Source of the DNA: a virus
Taxonomy: Duplodnaviria; Caudoviricetes
Virus record (IMG/VR): IMGVR_UViG_3300042290_000064
Span: 1-38,323 of that record
Length of the DNA stretch: 38,323 bases
Direction: 5' to 3' (one strand)
A program made the position numbers and the translations under genes. Below, piece after piece: positions 1-9,435 of this stretch. Numbering within the stretch: position 1 is the first letter of the stretch; the number at the start of each line of letters is the position of its first letter. Under the pieces are notes generated by a model. That model did not search any database, was not told the origin of the DNA, and saw nothing but the letters and a program-made list of their open reading frames with translations.

Positions 1-200
1 GACCAATGACATATTGCTCTCCAGCGGGTACTGAATACGAGGAAAGCGATGTAACGCCCAAGTAGTTGGAGAGGCCAGCGGGCGGCGTCACGGATCCAGC
101 GTTCCTTTGGATTGAGAACTTGGATGCAGAATTCCCGTAGCCGTACCAACGGTCAAGAACGAAGGTGTTGGTTGCGGCTCCAATGGTCACTGCCGCCCCA
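1..200. repeat. Terminal overlap, left copy (matches 38124-38323 with one mismatch); circular-assembly overlap
   Basis: Direct comparison: 1-200 equals 38124-38323 except G73 vs A38196; the repeat lies inside a coding sequence. Confidence 0.95.
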
Positions 201-790
201 CCATTCCTTTGATCAAACCGCATATCCCCGTTGATGATGCGGTTGCGGGTACCGGCTAGAGGGCCGCCGTTGAGGTTGGCGACTTGCACCTGATCTAGGC
301 CGGCATCAATCTTGAATAGGTTCGCGTTGGTGTCACCTTCAACCCTGAAGTCAACGTCGGCGCCGCCATCGTTGAATACCACCTCGGTGGTACCAAACTC
401 AACGCGCTCGACGCCATTGGTGGCGATACCAAGCTGATCGGCGCCTGCCCGAAAAATGCCGGTATTAGGATCGCCGTCAAATGCAATGGCAGGCAATGCA
501 GCAGTGCCCGCATCATCTGCCAGCAATGCGCCGGTCAGCGTGCCACCTGCAAGACTCAGCAGCCCTAGGTTGGCGCTAGCCAATGTGCCAACGGTGATCC
601 ACGCATTGTTGGCAGCATTGCGGATCTTTAGCAGCCCCGTGGTGGTATCCGCCCACCACTCGTAGGCATAGGTGGTGCTGGGCTGCGTTGCGCCGCTGTT
701 CTGGCTGACGATCGCCGCCAGCGCATTGTTCAGGTCCTGCCGGAAGGCAAGGCCGGACTGGTTGGCCAGGTTGTAGTCGTGCTGAGCCAT
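1..790 (-). CDS. Tail fibre / receptor-binding protein, 5' part (continues into 38123..37408; ~501 aa in total)
   Basis: Own translation from ATG 790: MAQHDYNLANQSGLAFRQDLNNALAAI...WWADTTTGLLKIRNAANNAWI...RNRIINGDMRFDQR. It is open to base 1, in frame with the 37408..38323 ORF (790+716=1506 nt), and directly follows J. Confidence 0.85.
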   Translation of the reverse strand, partial: MAQHDYNLANQSGLAFRQDLNNALAAIVSQNSGATQPSTTYAYEWWADTTTGLLKIRNAANNAWITVGTLASANLGLLSLAGGTLTGALLADDAGTAALPAIAFDGDPNTGIFRAGADQLGIATNGVERVEFGTTEVVFNDGGADVDFRVEGDTNANLFKIDAGLDQVQVANLNGGPLAGTRNRIINGDMRFDQRNGGAAVTIGAATNTFVLDRWYGYGNSASKFSIQRNAGSVTPPAGLSNYLGVTSLSSYSVPAGEQYVIG

Positions 791-793
791 GCC

Positions 794-3700
794 TTAGATC
801 TGCCTCCCGAACCCGATGGCTGTGTAGGTGAACTGGCGGCTCACGGCACTGCCGGCGCTGTTCCTAAATGTTACCTGAAAACCAGTCCGTGTCACGGAAG
901 CTATCGCGAAGAAATCGCCGGTTGCCATGTTGAATCCCGTCACGCCGACACTGGGCGGATCAAAGAAGGCATTTGCGAAGGTGACCGTATACGCGCCCGC
1001 GCCACTTGTCAGCACCGCCGATTGCTCGGTGCGTTGCTGCAGCTCCAGCTCGGCGCCGAGCTCCTCGATGATGATGTTCTGCGTCGGGTCGGTGCTGGTG
1101 GCCACCGTCTTGAACTGGAAGCCACGGCCCCGCACAATCGCGTTGGCGAACTCGCGCCAGGTGCTCCAGGTCGGTGAGCCGCTGGGGTCGTCCTGCGTCG
1201 TGCGCACATAGGTGAGAGCGTTCACGCGATCGGCGCCGGCGCCGTCGATGAAGTCCCAGGTGTCGATGTCCTCGAGGTGGTCATCCCAGAAGTCGCCGGG
1301 GATGCAGGGCAGGGTGACCAGCCGGCGGCGAAGATTGCAGTCGAACACGCCGGGGAAGGCATAGGTCGAGCCGAACTCGTATTCGCCCACCGGCAGCACG
1401 CCGCCCACGCTGTCGATCGAGGCCAGCCCATCCCAGTTGCCGTCGGTGGCCATTGCATCGATGGCCAAACCGGTGCTGAGGATCAGGCCGCTGGCGCCGC
1501 CCGCTTCGGCCAGGGTGGCCACGTAGAACATGTCGGTGTAGTTGCCGTTGAAGGGCGGGCTCTCCAGCTCCTCGGCATAGGTCTGCACCAGCTGCCGCGG
1601 CTGCGGTGTGGGCAGGTCCACGATCACGGTGCTGGCAACCAGCGAACGCCGGCCGCCATCGTCCTCAAACTTGACCAGATAGGTTCCTTCGAGCAGCGGC
1701 ACCTGCTTCTGAGTCTGGCTGCCGGCTGCCGCGGCCACGATCTCCTGACTCTCCTCCCAGATGGCGCCGGCGAGCAGCACGCTGTGGCGGATCAGCACCT
1801 TGCCGCCGAGCACCACGTCCAGCTCGGGGGAGCGATCCCAGCTAAGGATGGCGCTGGCGCCATCGATCGGGATCAGCGACAGACCGGTGACACTCTCGGG
1901 TGGTGCGGTCTTACCGAACGCCTGCACCGTCAGCCTGGCCGGCTCCACCGACTGCCGCAGCGCTGCGTTGAGGCTGTAGACCTGCACTTCATAGATGCCG
2001 GCGGTGGTGTCGAGGATTTCGTAATCGGGCCGCGCTTGGGTGCTGCTGGTCCAGTTGCCGTTCTGCGGCCGCCAGCGCACGCGATACTCATTGACCCCGA
2101 CCACCGGCTGCCAGCTGATGATCAGCTTGGCCAGCGCGCGACCGTTCAGCTCATAGAGCGTCTCGGTCGCCTGCAGGTTGGTCGGCGCTGCTGGGATCAC
2201 ATTCAGGTCGGTGATGTCCCGCGGCTGCAGCGCTGCTCCGCGCTCGATGTAGGCGTATTTGGAGGCGTTATAGGCCAGCGCGCTGATGGCGTATTTGGCG
2301 CCGTCCTGCTCCTGCACGCTGAGCACGCGCCAGGTCGAGGTCTGGATGTTCGAGGTCTGGTAGAGCCACACGCTGTTCGCGTTGGGCGCTGCGGTGAGCG
2401 GCGTGGCCAGGCTGATCACGTTGCCGGCGATTGCGGTGACGCCGCGGCTTTCGACAGTGCCGGTGGGCAGGATTACCGAGATGGTGGTGCTGGCGCCGAT
2501 CGCTAGGCCGGTGGCGTCATCCACCGTCACCGTGGTGGTGGTGGCTGCAGTGATGCGGCCGCCGCGGCGGCTGCCGGCCTTCACCGGGTCGCTGATCTCG
2601 ATGATCTGCCCAGGCCGCACCACCACGCCGGCGTCGATCGATGCGGTGAAGCTGACCACCTCGCCTTCGTACTGCTCCGAATAGAGCAGCCACTCGCCGA
2701 TCCTGCTGGCCTGGCCGCGGGAGGTGCAGGCGAAAGCGCTGATCTGCGTGGACACCACGCCGTGCTTCGCGATCGCGGCCTGGTCCTCCACCACCTCATA
2801 GGCGATGTCCCGGCTGGGCAGATCGAGGTAGCTGACCACCGCTACGGTCGGGCGGGTCTTGCGGCTGCTGCCCTGGTAGCTGAAGCCTTCCTCGGAGACG
2901 TTCGCCAGCGTGAACAGGTAGGCGGAATCGGCCGGCCGATCCTGGCTGATCGTCAGCGCGCCGGTGCTCCAGTACGGCATGACCCGGAATACCGAGCACA
3001 TATCGTTGATGAGCTTGTAGGCCTCTTCTGCGGTCTGGATGTTGACGTTGCAGGAGAAGCGCGGCTCTGAGCCGCCAAAGCCGTTGGGCACCAGCTCGGA
3101 AGCGTATTGGCTGGCGGCATAAAACGCCCACTTGTCGAGTTGTGCGGCTTGGATGTGATCACCAAAGCCGTAACGCGTCGAGGTCAGCAGATCCCACAGC
3201 ACCCATGCCGGATCCGAGCACCACTGCGCTGCGCCGAAGCTGCCATTCCAGATCCCGGCGTAGATCAGCCGGCCGTTGGCTTGATCGACCGTCGCATTGG
3301 ACGGAATTCGCACCTTGATGCCGCGGATCAGATAGGTGCGGCTTGGGACGCTGGAGAACTGCTCGGCATCCACCCGCAGGCCGATCAGCGCGCTGTTGGG
3401 GTAGCGCAGCTTTGCGTAGGTGATCTCGGTGTAGCTGGTCCAGTTGAAGGCGTTGGCGAGTTTGGCGCTGCTGCTGTCAGGCGTAATCCGCGTCACGCGG
3501 ATGTCGGCCGGCGTGGTGGCGAGTCCAACCAAATAGTCGCGCTGATAAGGGTCGGCGGTGCGGCCGGCGATCGTGTCATCGATCACCGTGGTGTAGCCGC
3601 CGCCGCCGTACTGCACGGCGATCTGCAGGCGCACGTCGGTGCCGTTGATGTCGCCTTCGTTGGTGAACGACTGCAGCTGCGGCACCGTGATCGAGATCCG

Positions 3701-4519
3701 GGCCGCGTCCACGTTCGCGTCGGTGATCGTGCGCACGATCGGCGTGGCCTGCTGCACCTGCACGCCCACCGGCTTCTCATCCTCGATGCCTGGCGATCCG
3801 GGGATGTAGGACTGGTTCTGCGTGCCGTTGCGGGTGTAGACAGTGACGTTCTGGAAGTTGTAGGTGCCGTTTGCGTTTTGTAGCGGCGTGTTGTCGAGAA
3901 AGATCGACTTGTCGCCATCTTTCAGGCCTTGGATCTCGCCTTCGCTGATCAGGTCCAGGACCTGCGCGTATTGCGCGCTGTTGAGGTTGTCGGCCGCTTC
4001 AGTTGGCGTGCGCGTTGAGCCGCCGCCGCCCTTGCTGCTGCTTTTGCTGCCGCCACCCGCGCCCGCGATCGCGCCAAGGCCGAGGCCGGCATTGTGAACG
4101 CGGATCCCGCCGGCGATGAACGTGTGATGGCCCTCGACGGTGAGGTTGTAGACAATGCCATGGCAGAGATCCGCTTTGCCGACAATCGGCCGCAGGTGGC
4201 CGTTCTCATCCACCAGGCAATCGTCGCCGCCGAGCGTGTCGATCTCAACGAAGGCGTTGAACTGGTTCAGCACCCAGTGGTTTGGCGTGGCATCCAGCAC
4301 TGCGCCACCCCAAAGGCGGTAGCGGATCACCCGCTCGCTTTCGTGAACGTGAACCTTGAGCACCTTGGCGGAATGGATGCCGCCCTGATCGTCAAAGCTC
4401 AGGACCAGATCGCCGGGGTGCAGCTCATCGATGCGCTGCTGGCCATCAGGCACCCGAACCAGCGTGTGACCGAGGAAGCACCCGCCACCACCACCACCTG
4501 CGCCGACAATCCTGCTCAT
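794..4519 (-). CDS. Tail tip / central tail fibre protein, lambda gpJ-like, with N-terminal Hint domain
   Basis: 1241 aa; gpJ-type motifs (DLISEGEIQGL, YPNSALIGLRVDAEQF, RGIKVRIPSN, WCSDPAW, EPRFSCN, GVVVRPGQII) and FN3-like repeats; last gene of the M-L-K-I-J block. Confidence 0.93.
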   Translation of the reverse strand: MSRIVGAGGGGGGCFLGHTLVRVPDGQQRIDELHPGDLVLSFDDQGGIHSAKVLKVHVHESERVIRYRLWGGAVLDATPNHWVLNQFNAFVEIDTLGGDDCLVDENGHLRPIVGKADLCHGIVYNLTVEGHHTFIAGGIRVHNAGLGLGAIAGAGGGSKSSSKGGGGSTRTPTEAADNLNSAQYAQVLDLISEGEIQGLKDGDKSIFLDNTPLQNANGTYNFQNVTVYTRNGTQNQSYIPGSPGIEDEKPVGVQVQQATPIVRTITDANVDAARISITVPQLQSFTNEGDINGTDVRLQIAVQYGGGGYTTVIDDTIAGRTADPYQRDYLVGLATTPADIRVTRITPDSSSAKLANAFNWTSYTEITYAKLRYPNSALIGLRVDAEQFSSVPSRTYLIRGIKVRIPSNATVDQANGRLIYAGIWNGSFGAAQWCSDPAWVLWDLLTSTRYGFGDHIQAAQLDKWAFYAASQYASELVPNGFGGSEPRFSCNVNIQTAEEAYKLINDMCSVFRVMPYWSTGALTISQDRPADSAYLFTLANVSEEGFSYQGSSRKTRPTVAVVSYLDLPSRDIAYEVVEDQAAIAKHGVVSTQISAFACTSRGQASRIGEWLLYSEQYEGEVVSFTASIDAGVVVRPGQIIEISDPVKAGSRRGGRITAATTTTVTVDDATGLAIGASTTISVILPTGTVESRGVTAIAGNVISLATPLTAAPNANSVWLYQTSNIQTSTWRVLSVQEQDGAKYAISALAYNASKYAYIERGAALQPRDITDLNVIPAAPTNLQATETLYELNGRALAKLIISWQPVVGVNEYRVRWRPQNGNWTSSTQARPDYEILDTTAGIYEVQVYSLNAALRQSVEPARLTVQAFGKTAPPESVTGLSLIPIDGASAILSWDRSPELDVVLGGKVLIRHSVLLAGAIWEESQEIVAAAAGSQTQKQVPLLEGTYLVKFEDDGGRRSLVASTVIVDLPTPQPRQLVQTYAEELESPPFNGNYTDMFYVATLAEAGGASGLILSTGLAIDAMATDGNWDGLASIDSVGGVLPVGEYEFGSTYAFPGVFDCNLRRRLVTLPCIPGDFWDDHLEDIDTWDFIDGAGADRVNALTYVRTTQDDPSGSPTWSTWREFANAIVRGRGFQFKTVATSTDPTQNIIIEELGAELELQQRTEQSAVLTSGAGAYTVTFANAFFDPPSVGVTGFNMATGDFFAIASVTRTGFQVTFRNSAGSAVSRQFTYTAIGFGRQI
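4091..4480 (-). other. Hint (intein-like/BIL-type) autoprocessing domain, residues 14-143 of J
   Basis: Block A CFLGHTLV, block B LDATPNHW (TxxH), block F/G VYNLTVEGHHTFIAGGIRVHN; 130 aa, no endonuclease insert; the +1 residue is Ala. Confidence 0.9.
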
Positions 4520-5088
4520 GCCGCCACCTGCACGGTATCAATGCCGGCGGAGATCACCACCGAGCCGACCAGCGTCTCGCCGTAGACCAGCGGCACCGGA
4601 GTGCCCTGCCGGCTGGTCTGCTGGATGCCGCTAAAGGAATAGGACTTGCGCGGGTCCTGGTCGGTGTTAGACGCTGCGCCTTGCGGCATCTTCGGCACCG
4701 GGGTCAACAGCTGCGCGACGCCACCGAGCACCAGGCTGGCGCCGACGCCGACCAGCAGCTGCACGCCGAGAGCGCCGATGCCGGGCACAAACAATCCAAT
4801 CGCAACCAAGGCCACCCCCGCGATGATCCGGCCGACCGCACCAGCACCCGCCAGCACCGGCACGATCTTGATTTGCTGCTGCCCTGCAGGGTCGTGCAGC
4901 TCATCCTCGCTCAGGTCATACCCGCCGACGCTCACCCGGTAGTGCTGGTCGGCCATGTGCTTCTCGAGTTGCGGGAAGTTGGCCAGCAGGAACCGCACCG
5001 CCTCAGCCGCGTTTGCCACATCGGCTCGGAACACGCGGCGCCCGAGGAACTTTGCCAGCCGCCCATAAACCCGGATCTCGCGCAGCAT
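4516..5088 (-). CDS. Tail assembly protein I (ubiquitin-like fold plus hydrophobic segment)
   Basis: IRVYGRLAKFLGR...AEAVRFL...IKIVPVLAGAG and C-terminal SYSFSG...QGTPVPLVYGE..VGS.VISAGI, typical of lambda gpI; synteny. Confidence 0.9.
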   Translation of the reverse strand: MLREIRVYGRLAKFLGRRVFRADVANAAEAVRFLLANFPQLEKHMADQHYRVSVGGYDLSEDELHDPAGQQQIKIVPVLAGAGAVGRIIAGVALVAIGLFVPGIGALGVQLLVGVGASLVLGGVAQLLTPVPKMPQGAASNTDQDPRKSYSFSGIQQTSRQGTPVPLVYGETLVGSVVISAGIDTVQVAA

Positions 5089-5096
5089 GGCCCCGC

Positions 5097-5816
5097 TCAG
5101 CCTCCACCCATCGTAATGAACTCAGGATGCCGCAGCCGCCGGCCGGTGCATTTCTGCAGCCAGCCGCCATACAGATCTCGGCTGCTCAACCGCCCGCGGA
5201 TGTGATGCAGCACCAAGCCGTCGCCGATGTAGACGCCGACGTGATTTAGCCCCGGGCCGCTGATGCTCATCAAAAGCGCGTCACCCACCTGCAGCTTGTC
5301 GTTTTCGTCCAGCGCGCGGAAGCCTGCATCTTTCCAGCAGCCGTCAAACATCGGATCCTGCTCAAAAGCCTCCGGCGTCAGCGGGCGCTCCCAGTCGGGC
5401 AACTGCAGGCCCTGCGCCAGCCACCAGTCGCGCGTCAGCGTCCAGCAGTCGGTGACGCCCCATGCCCACTCGCGGCCGATCAGCGGCGCCTTGTAGCCCG
5501 ATGGCTTGCAGCCGCCCCATACCTCGGTCTTCGGGTTGACGATGTGCCACTCCAGCCCGCTGTTTTCGCACGCGACCAGATCCGGCCCACTGGGCTGCGG
5601 CGCTGTAACTGGATGGCTGTGCACCACCGCGATGATCTCGCCGGCATCCTCGGCTGCTGCGTAGTCGTCCGGATCGAGGATGAACTGATCGATGCCGGTG
5701 CACAGGTTGCGGCACGGCCAGTAGCGCTCGCGGCCTTTGACCACCACCACTAGGCCACAGGCCTCGCGTGGATCCTCCGCCTTTGCGTGCTCAAGTGCTG
5801 CGGTGCGCCAAGTCAT
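5097..5816 (-). CDS. Tail assembly protein K (JAB/MPN plus NlpC/P60)
   Basis: JAMM motif EACG...HSHP...PSGPD; NlpC/P60 motifs DCW and NHVGVY..LHH; synteny. Confidence 0.93.
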   Translation of the reverse strand: MTWRTAALEHAKAEDPREACGLVVVVKGRERYWPCRNLCTGIDQFILDPDDYAAAEDAGEIIAVVHSHPVTAPQPSGPDLVACENSGLEWHIVNPKTEVWGGCKPSGYKAPLIGREWAWGVTDCWTLTRDWWLAQGLQLPDWERPLTPEAFEQDPMFDGCWKDAGFRALDENDKLQVGDALLMSISGPGLNHVGVYIGDGLVLHHIRGRLSSRDLYGGWLQKCTGRRLRHPEFITMGGG

Positions 5817-6493
5817 AGGACGAACGTGCCCACGCCTGGGAAGGAGCCGAATGGGAGATCAGCGGTGGCGCCAAAATGCGCCTTGCAGTCGTCCAAGGTC
5901 TTTGTGCAGGTCGGCAGCCCGCCGGCGTAGCTGCACTCCGTCGATTTGTAGACCCACTGGCACATGTTCGCGATGCACTGCCGCTTCGGCGCCCTGACGC
6001 CGGCCAGGTCAAACGCGGCCGCCAGCTCAAACTCCACCACGTCGCGGGTCTCGACGGTCTTCCGATCGACGTAGTAGATCTCGCGCGGAAACTCGGCTGT
6101 CGGGTCTGGCGTGCCGTAGGGATTGGTGCCGCCGGGGAAGTTGCCGCCGTCGATGTAGCGGGCCAGCGTGCGGATGCGCGTCAGCTTCGCGCCCTCGAGC
6201 CCATCGGGCAGGCTGAGCAGCAGCGCCGTGATGGTGCCGAGGATGTTGCTCACCCGCACCTTCGGCCGTGGCAGCTGGCCGTTGCCGCTGTATTCGAAGC
6301 CCTCGCCCTCGATCGGGAAGCGCAGGTAGTTCTGGCCGTTCCAAACCACCTCACCGTTGGCGTTCAGGCTGGTGCCAGCGTGGAAGCGGTAGATCTCGGT
6401 CGTGCCGTGCTGCAGCGTGTTCAGCTCCAGCTCGAACAGCTCGATGACGGCACTGGGCGCGATCGCCTGAAGGTCGGAAAAAGGGACAGCCAT
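5813..6493 (-). CDS. Minor tail protein L
   Basis: [46 protein letters not shown] and a C-terminal Cys cluster (C.W.Y...C...C......C), as in gpL. Confidence 0.92.
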   Translation of the reverse strand: MAVPFSDLQAIAPSAVIELFELELNTLQHGTTEIYRFHAGTSLNANGEVVWNGQNYLRFPIEGEGFEYSGNGQLPRPKVRVSNILGTITALLLSLPDGLEGAKLTRIRTLARYIDGGNFPGGTNPYGTPDPTAEFPREIYYVDRKTVETRDVVEFELAAAFDLAGVRAPKRQCIANMCQWVYKSTECSYAGGLPTCTKTLDDCKAHFGATADLPFGSFPGVGTFVL

Positions 6494-6828
6494 CAGGGCT
6501 CAAACACCTCGCGGAACTTGGCGCGCAACTGGTTGTTGTTGCAGTTGCTCAGCGTGATCTGCCAGCTGTCGCAAACGTATTTGCCAGCCGTGCCGCGGGG
6601 TGGCGTCCAGTCGAAGCTCTCCACACCACCGCGTGCATCGAGGAACGCTGCGATCTGATCGCGCTCGGCGTCGGCGCGGTTGGAGAAGGTCAGGTCCCAC
6701 TCCTTCGGGTTGGTGTTCAGGCCGAAGCGGATCCTGGCCTCATAGCCGTCGCCGGCCTTGAAACGGTTGACGCGCGGCTGGCTCGACTCGGTGGCCTCGA
6801 AGCTGGGGGTGAAGGTGAAGGTCGCCAT
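6493..6828 (-). CDS. Minor tail (distal tail) protein M
   Basis: GDGYEAR..FGLN, FLDARGGVESFDWTPP, AKFREVFEP; ATG 6828 lies just after the tape-measure stop. Confidence 0.9.
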   Translation of the reverse strand: MATFTFTPSFEATESSQPRVNRFKAGDGYEARIRFGLNTNPKEWDLTFSNRADAERDQIAAFLDARGGVESFDWTPPRGTAGKYVCDSWQITLSNCNNNQLRAKFREVFEP

Positions 6829-6830
6829 GA

Positions 6831-9107
6831 TCAAGCCGCCAACAGTCCGCCGGGCCGCTTCTGACGGACCAGCTCATTCTGCACCGCCTGCGAGATCGCG
6901 CGGCCCAGCTGCTCGCCCTGGCCGCTGTTGCCCTGCACCTGGCTGCCGGTTGCATCGACTGACACGTTCACCACGGTGCTGCCGCCACCGCCGCCCTGCA
7001 TCGCCACCGGGATGCGCCGGCCATCGGGCAGGGGCACATAGGCCTCGGGCTGGGATCCTTCCCCGTAAAGCGCCAGTTGCGGACTGCGGGCGATGCCGCC
7101 GTTGGCGTACTTCTTCAGCGGCACCGGGCCGTCGCCGGTCATGATGCCGCCGCTGGCAAACGAGAAGCCAGGGAAGATGCCGCCCAGCGCCTTCACGATC
7201 GGCTGAATGATCGCCGCCCGCAACGCGATGCGTGCCAAGTCGGTGAGGATAGACCGCGCCAGATCCTTGAAGTTGGCTTTGCCGGTGGTGACAAACTCCG
7301 TCAGCCGATCCTCCAGCCCTTGCAGGCCGCTAACCACTGCCTCGCCAATGGCGCCACCCAGATCCTTGACGCTGTTGTAGTAGTCCTGCAAGCGGTCGCG
7401 GATGCCCGCGCCGATCGACTCGCTGTCAGCCTTCTGCTTGGCGGTGGCAGCATCGAGCGCACCAGCACGCTCGCGCAGCAGGCGCACATGCTCAGCCAGT
7501 GCCGGATTGGTCTGGGCGAGGATGTCCAGCTGCAGCAGGTTCACGTCGGCGTTCAGCTTCTCCAGCGCGGTCAGTTCAGTCTTGCCGCGGGTCACCTCTG
7601 CAATCTTGGCGTCGTACTCAGCCACGCTGGGCAGCAAGTCCTTCAGCCCTTGCAGGTAGTTCTGATCTGCCAGCGCCACGTTGGCAGCGGAAAGGCGGTC
7701 GATCAGATCCGCAAACGGTTTCACGTCCAGCTGGCCACCCGCTTCGTTGATTTCGCGCGCCAGCTCCACCACGCTCAGCGTGAGCTGCTTTACCTTCCGG
7801 TCGTTTTCGGTGATCGCCTCGTTTCGATCTAAGAACAGCTGGTCGGTGGGCGATGCACCGACGCCTGCATAGGCTGCTGCAACATCCGCCACGCTGTCCT
7901 GCAGCTGCTGCTGCAGATCGACAGCTTTGCGGGTCAACGCCTCCCGCCGCTCGAGCAGGCGCTCCTGCTCGTCTGCTTGGCGCCTGGCTTCTGCTGCAGC
8001 ACGCCGCGAACTGGCCGCCGCTTCCCGGTCTGCGTCGCCAGTGTCCAGTGCCATGTTGCGGCCACCAGTTCGGCGACCGGTGCCGGGAGAAGGGGAATTG
8101 GTCCAAATCTTCTGGATCTGTGCAAAGTCGCGGCGTGCCTGCTCCAGCAGTCCGCCAATCCGGTTCTGGATCACCCCATAGGCGCCCTCAAAATCACCTT
8201 GCAGCGCCTTCCCGACGGCATCAAAGAAGGCCACCAGGTTCTTGATGGCCACGTCTACCAGCTTGATGGTGGCGTAGATCACCGTCGCCACTGAGCGCAG
8301 GCCGAACTTGATCACCTCAAACAGCGCCGTCCAGTCCTGCTGGGTGTCGAACAGATCGCTGAACACCTCAAGGATTGACTGCAGCGCCGGCAGCAGCGCG
8401 TCGGTCAGCTCCAGCCCGAAGCCCTGCGTCTTGATGCCCAGCTCGGTGATCGTGTCGTTGAACAGATCTGAGCGCGCTGCAAAGTCCTCGCCCACCTTGT
8501 AGGTGAACTTTTCCATGCTGGCCGCGCCTTCGTTCAGCAGCGGGATCAGATCCGCGCCGGACTTGCCGAATAGCGCAACCGCCGCGGCGGCCTTCTGCGC
8601 ACCGTCCGGCATGTCGGCAAAGCGATCAGCAATCTGCTTCAGCGCCTTGTCGGCTGGCACCACTTGGCCGTTGGCGTCTTTGATGTTCACGCCGAGCCGC
8701 TTGAAATTGCTGGCCAGCGCCTCGTTGCCCTCAGCTGCCTTGACCAAGTTCACGTTCAGCTTGTTCAGACCCTTGCCCAGCGTGGCCATGTCCACGTCGG
8801 CCAGCTTGGCAGCATTGCCAATGCCGATCAGCGCATTGGCTGCCACGCCGGTCTTGGCCTGGAGGTTGAACAGCTCATCGCCTGCGTCGATCGACCTTTT
8901 CACGATCGCCGTCAGCCCGCCCACGATGGCGCTGCCGGCAATCGCAGCACCGAAGCCCGCCACAGCGCCCTTCAGGCTGTTGAAGCCCATCGCGGCGTTC
9001 TTGGCCTGCCCCTGCAGCCCCTGCATGGAGTTGCCCAGCCGGCGGATGTTGTTCTCGCCCTGAACGTCCGCCTTGATGCGGAGCAGCGCATCCATGTTCA
9101 TCGCCAT
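6831..9107 (-). CDS. Tape measure protein
   Basis: 758 aa, Ala-rich and helical; lambda-type C-terminal region (TGKANFKDLARSILTDL, FASGGIM, GEGSQPEAYVPL, QKRPGGLL). Confidence 0.93.
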   Translation of the reverse strand: MAMNMDALLRIKADVQGENNIRRLGNSMQGLQGQAKNAAMGFNSLKGAVAGFGAAIAGSAIVGGLTAIVKRSIDAGDELFNLQAKTGVAANALIGIGNAAKLADVDMATLGKGLNKLNVNLVKAAEGNEALASNFKRLGVNIKDANGQVVPADKALKQIADRFADMPDGAQKAAAAVALFGKSGADLIPLLNEGAASMEKFTYKVGEDFAARSDLFNDTITELGIKTQGFGLELTDALLPALQSILEVFSDLFDTQQDWTALFEVIKFGLRSVATVIYATIKLVDVAIKNLVAFFDAVGKALQGDFEGAYGVIQNRIGGLLEQARRDFAQIQKIWTNSPSPGTGRRTGGRNMALDTGDADREAAASSRRAAAEARRQADEQERLLERREALTRKAVDLQQQLQDSVADVAAAYAGVGASPTDQLFLDRNEAITENDRKVKQLTLSVVELAREINEAGGQLDVKPFADLIDRLSAANVALADQNYLQGLKDLLPSVAEYDAKIAEVTRGKTELTALEKLNADVNLLQLDILAQTNPALAEHVRLLRERAGALDAATAKQKADSESIGAGIRDRLQDYYNSVKDLGGAIGEAVVSGLQGLEDRLTEFVTTGKANFKDLARSILTDLARIALRAAIIQPIVKALGGIFPGFSFASGGIMTGDGPVPLKKYANGGIARSPQLALYGEGSQPEAYVPLPDGRRIPVAMQGGGGGSTVVNVSVDATGSQVQGNSGQGEQLGRAISQAVQNELVRQKRPGGLLAA

Positions 9108-9108
9108 G

Positions 9109-9435
9109 TCAGCTGCTCCGGCTGTTAATCGTGACCATCGCCGCCGCTTCCATCACCTGCAGGTCCTCCAGGAGCGTGCGTTGGTCTTTCACTTCGTACA
9201 TCATAAAGAGCCACGCCACTGCTCCATAGTCGAGCCCCAGCACGCCGTTCATCGTCGTGCGCCATTGCGTCTGGGCTCGTAGGAACATCTCGACCACCGG
9301 CCAGTTCTCCTCCCACACCTCAAAGTCCGCTGAGGGTTGCTCCGGCAGCGCAAGGCCAAAGGCTGCCGCGTCGTCTTGCGTGTTGTCCACCACGCCGCCG
9401 CCGGCCCAATGTTCGGCGGCCTCGGTCAGTTTTTT
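9109..9435 (-). CDS. Tail assembly chaperone GT, C-terminal part reached by -1 frameshift
   Basis: The -1 frame from the slippery site reads LTEAAEHWAGGGVVDNTQ...VWEENWP.VEMF...TQWR...GLDYGAV...LQVMEAA (DUF1799-like). Confidence 0.8.
   Translation of the reverse strand, partial: KKLTEAAEHWAGGGVVDNTQDDAAAFGLALPEQPSADFEVWEENWPVVEMFLRAQTQWRTTMNGVLGLDYGAVAWLFMMYEVKDQRTLLEDLQVMEAAAMVTINSRSS

Noticed and set aside
1-200. True direct terminal repeat of the virion DNA
   Set aside because: It falls mid-gene, the terminase is the cos-type GpA family with a cos candidate near 21050, and the 127-bp exact tail suggests an assembler overlap.
1277-2506. Long + strand ORFs opposite structural genes (also 3107-3883, 5876-6658, 7077-7832, 9956-10792, 13066-14127 and similar)
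   Set aside because: These are antisense shadows of high-GC genes with no recognisable motifs.
4091-4480. Canonical mobile intein
   Set aside because: The +1 residue is Ala, there is no endonuclease, and it sits in a low-complexity N-terminus rather than a conserved active-site motif.
4484-4498. (GGT)n tract as a phase-variation switch
   Set aside because: A triplet repeat keeps the frame, so slippage would only change linker length.
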